A DNA stretch of 64,000 nucleotides from positions 62,001-126,000 of the forward strand of contig NIVC01000061.1 in the NCBI GenBank assembly GCA_002269645.1, written 5' to 3'. This DNA comes from Macrostomum lignano. Lineage: Eukaryota. A model generated the notes under the pieces. That model was not told the origin of the DNA, did no database searches, and saw only the letters and a list, made by a program, of their open reading frames with translations. Below are positions 1 to 10,300 of this stretch, in pieces; position 1 is the first letter of the stretch, and the number at the start of each line of letters is the position of its first letter. Both the position numbers and the translations under genes were made by a program.

Positions 1-1350
1 TAATGATCCTAAGGTAAGACGCTGGAGTTTTGAAAGTAATTCAGTGACAAAATATCTGAAAAGACTCAGCTCTCTCAAAATCTATTTAAAGTTTACTAAG
101 TTTGAGCTTTGATGGCAAATTTAATGCCAGTTTTAAGGAGCCTCGAGCCCATTCCACTGACCCTTGACTACGCACACGGATACGCAGCCAAGTACACTCT
201 CACAGGGTGGCCAGTGGCCCTTACTTTCACATCGTCAGGTAGTGTAAAGAATCTGTGAATTGCAGAGCTTGGTCCTCATGGGGGAAAATTCCCAGACAAA
301 GGGCCTGTCAACTTAAGCTCACAAAGTGGAGCCCGAGTAACCTATGTGCACAAATTATGCGTCGTTCTGCTCACAGTGACACTAGGAAGCTATATTTGGC
401 AAAAATGCGACAAAAATTGGACTTGGGATAGGGAAGAATAACCAAGGGGATGATTAGTGACTTATATTAACTTAAGCTTATAAAGTCCCTAATTATGTCC
501 TTGCTTGTTCTCCCCGAACCCAAGTCAAATTTTTGTCGCATTTTTGCCAAACCCAGCTTCCTGGTGTCACTGTGAGCAGAACAACGCATCATTTTTGTGG
601 TTACCCGGGCTCCACTTTATGAGCTTAAGTTGACAGGCTGTTTTTGTGCTCAAATCCTAAACTAATTTGGCTGCGCCTGGACGGCTTCTCTGCCCCTTCT
701 AAGTCGCTAGGGAATGTGGTGAAAAATGATTGTTAAGTGATTCTCGGTTTTAGAGTTCTGCTTCTTTAAAATTGACGACCTCCTTTCTTACGAGATATGT
801 TTTCCAAGCAGCGCCACACAAGTTAAAGCCTGGATATAATGTTTTAAGCCCATCTTAGATGTGCTTTCATGATTCACTATTTTTGCTTATCATTTAGGTC
901 GGGCCGCTGACAGTCAGCACGAAGGCGGGATCAATAGTATCAGCAGTGAGACGCCTGAGGGCTCGAGGCGGCGGCGACTGTCCAGAGTTAGCGATGCGCG
1001 GCATTCTGGCCGCAGCCAGAAAGGTTAAGCGCGGCTCCGTGATCTACGTGTTTACCGACGCCAGCGCTAAAGATTACAGGTTGCAGAAAAAGGTAAAATG
1101 ATTTTGCAATGGTGCATGTCTTTAGGAAAACTATATACGCAAATCTGACAATAAATATTTTTTTTCAACTACACATGTAGGTACGCAGAGTCATCGACAA
1201 CAAGAACCTGCAGATGGTGTTTATTGTCACGGGAAGACTTTGCGGAAGAAATTACCACAAAGAGTACCAGGCTCTTTCCAGAGGCAATGGCCGTGTCATC
1301 ACTTTGAACAGCCGAAAAGTCAACAAGGTGCTGAGCTTCATCCGTCGAGC
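1..1350 (+). other. Hemicentin/VWA7-type vWA domain of gene 1
   Basis: Spliced translation NDPK|VGPLTVSTK...RARGGGDCPELAMRGILAA...GSVIYVFTDASAKDYRLQKK|VRRVIDNKNLQMVFIVTG matches the hemicentin N-terminal vWA signature (HDP..GP, GGGDCPE, IYVFTDA..KDY, VFVLTG). Confidence 0.85.
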
Positions 1351-4300
1351 CGTCGCCCTGGGCAGCTCCCGTCTTAGACGCTTGAATCTGTCTGATCTTG
1401 GAAGCTACATCCGGAAGTGTAAGTGCAGAAGTGTGACACGTGTTATCACGAGGACCTACAAGAAATACCGACGGGTGGCCAGGTGCACAAAGAGGGCTCC
1501 TGGTGACTGCAAATCTCGCAAGTGCAGCAAGGGCTTCAAGTGTGTTGCAATCAAGACTCGATCGATACCGAGCAGAACAGTGACGCGCTGCGTCCGGTCC
1601 AGCAGTAAGTTTATTTCTGTCATTATGAAGGCAGATTTTTTGTTTAGTAAAGTAAATAGTGTATAAAAAGTAGCACATTTGTTTTTTTTACATAATTACC
1701 CGATTAATTAATTTTGTAATAATTTTGAGAGATGAGCAATTTTAAGTAACTGTACTGAGAGGACTATTCTACTTCTATGCTGCCACTATGATATCTTATT
1801 GACTTCTTTCACGAGTAAAAGGTTACTTTAATCAATTAATAAATGAGCTACTTTTTAATTTACAGACCTTTGCAACAACATCAAATGCCGCAAGGGCTAC
1901 GCGTGCAAGGTGCGCAAGTTTGGTCGCATGTACACCAGACGAGGACGCCGATACAGACTTGTCCGATTCAAGGCCCGTTGCGTTCGTGTCAAAACTGGTG
2001 AAAATTCGGTTTTTGTCCTGTTAATTGAAGCGTTTATCCTTTTCCGGAACATTTATTAGAAACAAACGAATTCATTAAAAACCACCAGATCTGTGTTCCC
2101 GCGTACGCTGCGGAAGATTCAGGCGCTGCGTTGTTTCCAATCGGTACAGCCGGGCCTACATAATCAGCAGCACTAAGCGTTACAAGCGGCTGGTCGCTCG
2201 CAGAGCCGTCGAGTACCGGAGACGCAAGGCCATCGCTGCTAGGCGATATGCCGCAAGACTGAAGGCACTCTCTAAGAGGCCCCGACGAAGATCAGGTAAT
2301 ATGAATGTGGCGGCTGAAAGCTGCAATACAGTCACACTTGCTAAACTACAAGTTTAATGTAATCTACTTCTGCAATATTCATGTTTTTAGTAGCAAGGCG
2401 GAGAAAGTACCTGATGCGGCGGCAGAAGGCCTACCTGTCTCTATTGAAGAGACTCTACAAACGAAGTCTTGATAAGCTTAGAAAGGCTCTTATAAGATCA
2501 AAGCGAATGACAGCACGGTGTGTGGGACCGAGGCCCGAGAAAAGTAAGTAGCCGTTGCTGCTATGCCTGATAATTAACTTTACAGAGAAGCTCTATAGCA
2601 TGTAATTGAAACATGTCTTTACATTCCACAGATCCATGCAGCAGAGTTAAATGCCGCTCAGGTTCAACTTGCGTTGCCAAAGCCACAGGCCGAGGAAGAA
2701 TGACCACTCGATGTGTGAAAATGAAAGGTATTTTTATATTTGAGAAGTAATTATGACTAAATAAAGTAGCTGAAAGTTTGAAAGTGAACTATCTGATATT
2801 ATATTTCTCAATTTAAGATTTGTGCAGATCCAAGAAGTGCGCCAAGGGCACCCGGTGCGTGATCCGCAGCGCCGTCACAAGGGATGGACGCAAGTATCGG
2901 CAGGTTAGACGAAGACAGAGCCGGAAATATAACAGAGCACGCCGTGCACTAAGGTCAAGATATCGCTCTACCTACCGATCAGCAAAGTCTCGGCTGCGTC
3001 GCGCTTTGAAGACATTCAGGAGTGCTATGGCCAGAGCAAAGCGATCCAGAAAAGCTACAGCTGTTCGAGCTCTAAAGGCTTCTTGGAGGGCCCAAAAAAG
3101 ACGTCTTAAGAAGAGCCTGCGTCGATTGAGTAAGAGCTACGTCTCTAGGGTTAGGAAACTTAGAGTGGAGTACAAGCGCGTTGTACTGCGCACCACTAAG
3201 ACTTACAGGAAGCGTCAGTTAATCAAGAAGCTGGCGAAATGCAAAGCTGATCCATGCTCCAGAGCAAGGTGCAAATCGGGCTACTCTTGCTCTGTAGTTA
3301 GACGGTACACTAGCGGATTCGCGTCGTATACTCAGAAAAGACGGTTGCTAATGCAGGCATACTTCAAGCGAGTGCGAAGCTTCCGAAAGGCTTACATTAA
3401 GCGGTCTCGGACTAGTCGGCGCAACAGACGCGCTCTCTATCGAAAGTACCGACGCAAATCTAGAAAGGCCAGAAAGGTATTAACCATTAAGTTGAAAGCT
3501 CTGCACAAGAAATATCGAGCTGCTTTCAAGAACCGAGTGAAAGAAGTCGCGAGATGTATTCCGAAAGCTCAAAGTAAGTTAATGTCTTGGTTTATGTCCT
3601 ATTTTAGCGTAAAATTTGCATTAGGGCATTTAAGTATAAATAAAATCTGGCCTTATAAATTCTAGAAACGTGTCGACGAATGAGGTGTGCAAAGGGCACA
3701 CGATGTGTCGTAAGGAGTGTGCCAACATGGTGGTATAAGCTTTATCGAACTAGCGTCAAACGAGCTTATTTGAAATTCAAGAGTCGCCTTCGAAGTGTTA
3801 TCTCAAAACTCAGATATCGTCGTCGGTATCGCAATAGGCGAATGCGACGAGCAAGGCGAGTGAGACGAACAAGGCGAGTGAGACGAACAAGGCGAGCGAG
3901 ACGAAACAGAAGACTAAGACGAACAAAGCGAGCGAGAAGAAATAGAAGACTAAGACGAACAAGGCGAGCGAGACGAAACAGAAGAAGAAGACGAACAAAG
4001 CGAGCGAGCGAGAGCGAACGACAAAAGACGAACTAAGACGAGCGAGACGAAATAGAAGACTAAGACGAACAAAGCGAGACGAAACAGCGAAGACAGAAGA
4101 CTAAGACGAGCGAGACGAAACAGAAGACTAAGACGCGAGCGAGACGAAACAGAAGACTAAGACGAACAAAGCGAGCGAGACGAAACAGAAGACTAAGACG
4201 AACAAAGCGAGCGAGACGAAACAGAAGACTAAGACGAACAAAGCGAGCGAGACGAAACAGAAAACTGAGACGGGCAAGGCGAGTGAGACGAACAAGGCGA

Positions 4301-7300
4301 GTGAAAAGAACAAGGCGAGTGAGACGAACAAGGCGAGTTTCCCGACACATTAGGAAGGCTAAGTCACGCCTATGGGGCAAGTTTAAGAAAGCAGTGAAGC
4401 GTTACCGAAGAAAGTTTAGGGCTAGTCTTAGCAAAATTTCAGCTCGCAGATGGAAGAAGTACGCTCAGTCGAAGAAGAGGGCCAGGAAATCTGCTTTTCG
4501 GCGCGTGCGAAAGGAGTCCCAGGCGTATGCCAGACGCGTCCGTGCGCTGAAGAGGTGGTTTGGCAAAAGAATGAAGATCTACAAGAAGCGAATGACAGCT
4601 GTGCAAAAGAAGTCAAAAGCGCTTAGAGCTAAGGCCAGAGTTAAGCTTATGAAATTCTACAAACGAACAATGGCACTCTACAGAAAGCAACTGTCAAGCG
4701 CCACTAAAAGGTACTACAAGAGGCGCAGTGCGATTCTGAGGAGGCTTCAAAAGCGATTGTCTCGCGCCAGAGGCAAGACCAACAAGCTGCGCAGAAGGCG
4801 ATACATCCGACGAGCAATCTGCATCCCAGTCAACCCATGCACGGCCAAGAAGTGCAACCGAGGATTCGTTTGTCAAGTGCGTCGCACCAGGATCGGTAGA
4901 AGCCGACGATTTAGAAAGGTCGCTCGATGTGTAAGACAAGGTAAAGTACAAATTTTAAAAGCCTATATTTGGAAGTTTCACCATATATTTTAATCTGGGG
5001 ATATGTTGCGAGAATAATTTGAGACTAAATGACAATTCTCATCAGTAGATGCAACCAATAAGAGATTTCAAATAAAAGTTTCTGCGGAGGGTAAGAGTAA
5101 AGAAATAAAAAATTAATTGGGCTATCAAGCTGGGGTAAAACAAGCACAGAATTTGCAGGATAGTTACATGAAAACGTAGCCACAAAACACAACATAACGA
5201 CCCGCCGCAGATCCATGCAAGGCAAAGCGTTGCTCTCGCTCTAGCCGATGCATTGTCAAACGGAAGGCCACGAAGATGCTTCTGGCCTACCGATGGTTCG
5301 CCCGTAAGTCCGGAAAGCGACATAGCACTGCGGTAAAGCGCCTACGCAGACGCATGCAGCGACGCGTTCGCATTCACCGAAGGCGAAGCGTGAAGCGGCA
5401 CAGTCGGCAGGTGCGCAGAGTCCGCCGAAAGCTGAGAGGACGAAGACGTGCTCGAACCATCAGATCCCTGAAGCAGTCACTAATTCGCCGTCTTCGTCGT
5501 TACAAGAAACGAGAGTTGAGAGCCTATAGTCGCAGAAAAGCCACACTAAAACAACGCTTGAGGCGAAATCTGAGGCGCCAATACAGGCGGTATTTGCGTC
5601 GCCACAAACGATATTCGGTCAGGGCAGTGTGTGTCAAAGTGCAAAAAAGTAATTCGTTTGTTCTTTTTACCCAATTATTAATTTGCAAGCAAAGTTTCAA
5701 TAAAAGTAGCAATGTACTAAGAACACCCCCACTTGTCTCGTAGATCCATGCAACAGAAAGCGATGTCCCAGCGGATCGCGATGCACTGTACGCAGACAGA
5801 GACCAGCTAGCTACAGGCGCTACTTGGCTATCAGGAGGCGCTACCTCAGGAACTATCGAAGGTCACGGAGTCGCAAGACTAGGCGGGTTCGTGCCGCATT
5901 CATCCGGAAGTTACGGAAGCTTCAACTGAGCTACAAAAAGCGTGGCGCGTTCAAGTTCCGACTTGTCGCCAGGTGCTCAAGGCGACGTGAGTCATTATAA
6001 TTTCAATTTTTACTTTTGCTGTTAACCGAAAAAGCCTTTGCTGAGTTTTAGTAACTCAAATCCTATAACATTTTGCTTAGTATTCGTAAAAGTCTCCATA
6101 CATGTTCATTTAATATTAAGGTAATATTGCCTGAGATGGCTATATTGCAATAGTGAAAAGCGTTGACACAGGTAGAGAACCCCATCTACAGTCATATCAC
6201 GAAACGTTTTTTATTCACTCAGGCAACTGCCCTCGAGGATACTATCGCAGAGGAACCAGCTGCGTGAGATACATCGAGGTTTGCCCGCAGTCCTACATAC
6301 GTATTCGCACCCGACGTGGATTCCGATGCATCAGTGAGTCATGATGTTTGAGATCGTTGTTAACTTTTGCAGTTTTGTATTATGTAAACTAAACAAATAC
6401 GAAAAATTCTTACATAAAAACAACAGGATTTTATCGAATCTGCCCAGCTGGCTACATGCAATTCGATGATTTATGCGTCAAATCTTGCCCGAAAGGAACC
6501 AAAAAGACTTCAAAGCGCATCTGCAAAGGTAGGGATTCAAGTAGATATCGGATGCAATCACATGAAAATATGTTAAAACACCGCAATAACGATTTTTTTA
6601 GTTGCGAAGCCATGCAGCGCCTTTTTGAACAGAGCGTCCTGCGTCAAGTCGTGTCCAAAGAACACCATTGCAGTTGGTAGAAGATGCCGCAGTAAGTTTT
6701 CCATAAGATGATGAAATGTTTCGTCATAGTGTGGCAAATTTTATAAAACTGATTTTTCATCGCTTGCAATTTAGAGTGCCCGAAAAACGCGATTTCTCGA
6801 GATGGAAAATGCCTCGGTGAGTTGGAAATTACCCATTTATTGTCTGCTTTTTGCTTTAGTTCTCGTCAAGCGGAGCGACTCCTTATTAACGAGATAAATA
6901 AATGTCTACGCCCGTCGCTTTAGTTCGCAGAATAAACTGCCGCTCAGGATTCCAGCACCGACAGGGGTGCGTAAAGAGCTGCCCTAAAGGCTACTATGCT
7001 TATGGACGCCGGTGCACAAGTAAGACTCAGACTCGGCTTACTACTATGCAATTAAAGTATGCTGCGAAATTCAATTCTTAATCCTGGAAATTTTTTCAGG
7101 AGTTCGCTGCCCACCAGGGTTCAAGACTCGCTTCAGCCATCGAAGAAGAAAAGTGTTTTGCATTCGTAAGCATTTATTTCAGCAAATGGTTTTACCTCCA
7201 TTGCTCACTCCAAAATTCAAAGCACTTCACTATACAAAAATGGCGTGTCGGGTTAGCATGTAATTTTTGAAATTAAAAAGTGGTGGTGCTGACCCTGAGT

Positions 7301-10300
7301 ACACAAGCAAATAGAATAAGATATTAGCGGAAGGAGCGCAGAGTGCGTGTTCGATGTATTGAGTGGGACTGCCGATAACTTCAAAACATTTATTGAAAAT
7401 TGGTAGTGACCACGAACGAAAAAATCGTCAAAGTAAACCTTTTAATACCTTATAAATTCTCAGAAAGTATTTCGATTTTAGAAAGAAAAAACTCGATAAA
7501 AACAGAAACTTTTGAAAAGAATCGTTGAATCTCACAAACGAGGGGAATTTAATTTTCATCGTAAATTTGGGAAAATGACGGAGTTTACTGCGCCATTCGA
7601 ATGCAGCAATATGCCAAAGAGGAGGATTTCCCTTGATCATAGCTCGCACGCTCGTATATACGGGTAGAAAATAGCTTTATAAATCTGCAGTTAACGTCTC
7701 AATATACGATCGTAGTTTGATTCGACGAACGTTGAGCATTGTCGGTTGCTAATAATACATTTCGAATCTCAAATCAATTAATAGGCAAACCAGCATGCAA
7801 GAAGGGAAGCGTCTTTTACGCCGGTTCCTGCCGAGCCAAGTGTCCTGGCGGCACAAAACGGCGCGGCTGGTACTGCCTGCGCCAGTGCCCCGCCGGTAGC
7901 GTTCGTGTCGGCTTCCGACGCCAGCGCTGCATCCGGCCCTACTGCCGTCACCGGTTCCGTCTGGGCCGACGGGGCTGCGTGCGCAAGTGTCCGGTTGGCT
8001 TTGTGGGCGTTCGACGCACCTGCAGACGTGTCCGCTTGGTCTGCCCTAGTGGCTACGTCCGATTTGGCCGCGCTCTCTGTCTGAAGGACTGTCCGGCCGG
8101 CTTTGCCAAGCGCAACGGACGATGCGAATACACCGTCTGCAGCAGTGGAAGCTACCGGTATCGAGGCACGTGCATGAAAAGCTGCCCGTCTGGAACAGTT
8201 CGCCGAGGCAAACGTTGCATTAGTAAGCTTTCTTGAGTTTTGTGCCGATCAGGCTCAGTTTTGTTGTAAGACTTCTCTAAGGTCTCCGGCTATGCTTCTC
8301 TCCTTCTTGGTCGTCTAGCGGTTTTGTTCTATTGCTTCTACTGTCCTCGAAGCCTAAGAGAGCTTACAGAGGAGATCGCTACTTGGCTGACTATGACTCG
8401 TGCCTTTAGCACAAATAACAAATATGAGCCTTTTAGATTTATTGGCCAAGTGCACAAGACTTCTACGAGTTCTGAAGCTTAAATCTTTCCCAGAGTGCCC
8501 ATTTCGGGGTCGAGGCCGTGTCTATTTTATAGAATTTTAGGTACACGTCATCCCCGCCGCTGATTAGCAACGGCGGGGTGCCAAAACAGACGCAGCAACA
8601 TTAGATTGGCGCGTTGCTACGGGGCGAGAGAGATAATTTGATATCTATTAGTTTGTCACATCAGGCGATGGTTAAAGGTCAGTTCAGAGTTCATTATTCG
8701 AATCGATTCGCACGTCAGACCCCTCGTGCGTCCCTCGGTGAATCGGCCTCTTGCTCCCTGGCCGTACGTCACCGCTGACTTGGCCTGTTGACCATTGCTC
8801 TATCTCGCCCGCCAGTCGGGGTATCATGTCGTATCGATTCTCCTGGCACCGCGCCGACTGGCTCTGCCTGGTATCTCGGCCGACTTGATGTCATCTGGTT
8901 TGGTCTGAATTCTTGGGGGAAAGTTACAATTAAGTTCTTATCATATCTATGATTTATTTCGCTTTCTTGACGTTCTTTTAATTTCTCTCATTTAAGTGTC
9001 TTATCTCTAAATTGAACTTTCGCCCCCTGCTTTTAGCTTCTTAATTTGCCCTTTGGTGAACCTTTATTTCTTATCCCGACTTTTCCTAATTTCTAATCCC
9101 TATATTTATGGACTGTAAAGCTACATAAATATACGTGTACGCCCTACTAGGAAAGACTAAGTGTAAGCTGGGCCGATTCGACTATCGCAAGCTGTGCCTG
9201 ACTAAATGTCCGCCTGGTCACTACAGAAGCTACACCACGCGCACCTGCGTTCGTAAGTGCTTTTATTCTATCTATACTTCGTAAATACTTTAGTTGCAGT
9301 CAAACTGTAACATCATAACAAGCTATTGATTCGCAAATTTACAGGCATATTTAAAACAAAAGAATTAAGGCGTTCAGCAATGATTTTTATTATAAGTAAA
9401 TGTTGAAAATACATCTCTAAGATAGAAACCAGTTTCGTATTATTAAACCGCTGTTTGGGAGGTATCATTCATACAATCACTTTTTACACAAAGAAATGCT
9501 CCCGTGCTGCCTTCAGGCGTCAAGCGCTGTCCCAAGGGCGTGATCAGATTCAGACGCTTGTGCCTCAAGTCGTGTCCGCTCGGCTTTGAGCGAGCCAGGC
9601 GCACCTGCAAGCGCAGAACCACCTGTCGGGATGGCTTTGTCTACAAAGGCGCCTGCCTGCCTAGCGGATCCGGCTGTCCAAGAAACACCGTGCTCATCCG
9701 GGGATCTTGCGTGCGAGCTCGTGAGTTTTTTCTAAACAATCTAAAACTATATTAAAATATTCTTCTGCTAAACAATTATAAGTCTAAGCCAAGTTAAACA
9801 ATTGTATAAATTTTTCGTGAAGGTGGCCTATGCCCATCCGGTCGTTTCCTGTTGGTCCGCTCCAGCGGAGCTCGATCCTGCGTGCGGCTCTGCCCGCGCG
9901 GCTTCTCAGCTGACAGACGTCGGGGAACCTGCACGATGTCACGATGCCCGCCTAAAATGTATCGCTATCGAAACAGCTGTAGAAGGACCTGTCCTAGAGG
10001 TTTCCGCGCTGATAGCAGCAGACGCTGCGTGAGGAATAAGAAGGCAGTAAAGTGCACGGGCAAGTCATTCAGGTTCAGTGGCCGATGTCTCAACAGCTGC
10101 CCGGCTGGTTTTGTCCTTCGAGCCTTTAAGCGGCGCGGAAGGACCATTCGCTACTGTCGCCGATCCAGGGCATGCAAAAAGGGTCAAGTACTCGTGTACT
10201 CACGCCAGAGACTTGGCCGTAGGAGGGCGTACCGCTATCGACCGAAGTGCGTCAACTCAAAGAAGGCTTGCAAGCGCGGATTCAAACTTGCAAGACGAGT

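Noticed and set aside
3860-4280. RRX tract as an intron (GTGAGA donor-like sites)
   Set aside because: The region is almost purely purine-rich with no pyrimidine tract or acceptor, and the frame is the same on both sides.
8552-8578. GC-rich hairpin CCCCGCCG/CGGCGGGG as a Helitron 3' end
   Set aside because: No convincing CTRR|T terminus or 5' TC end; only an isolated 8-bp stem.
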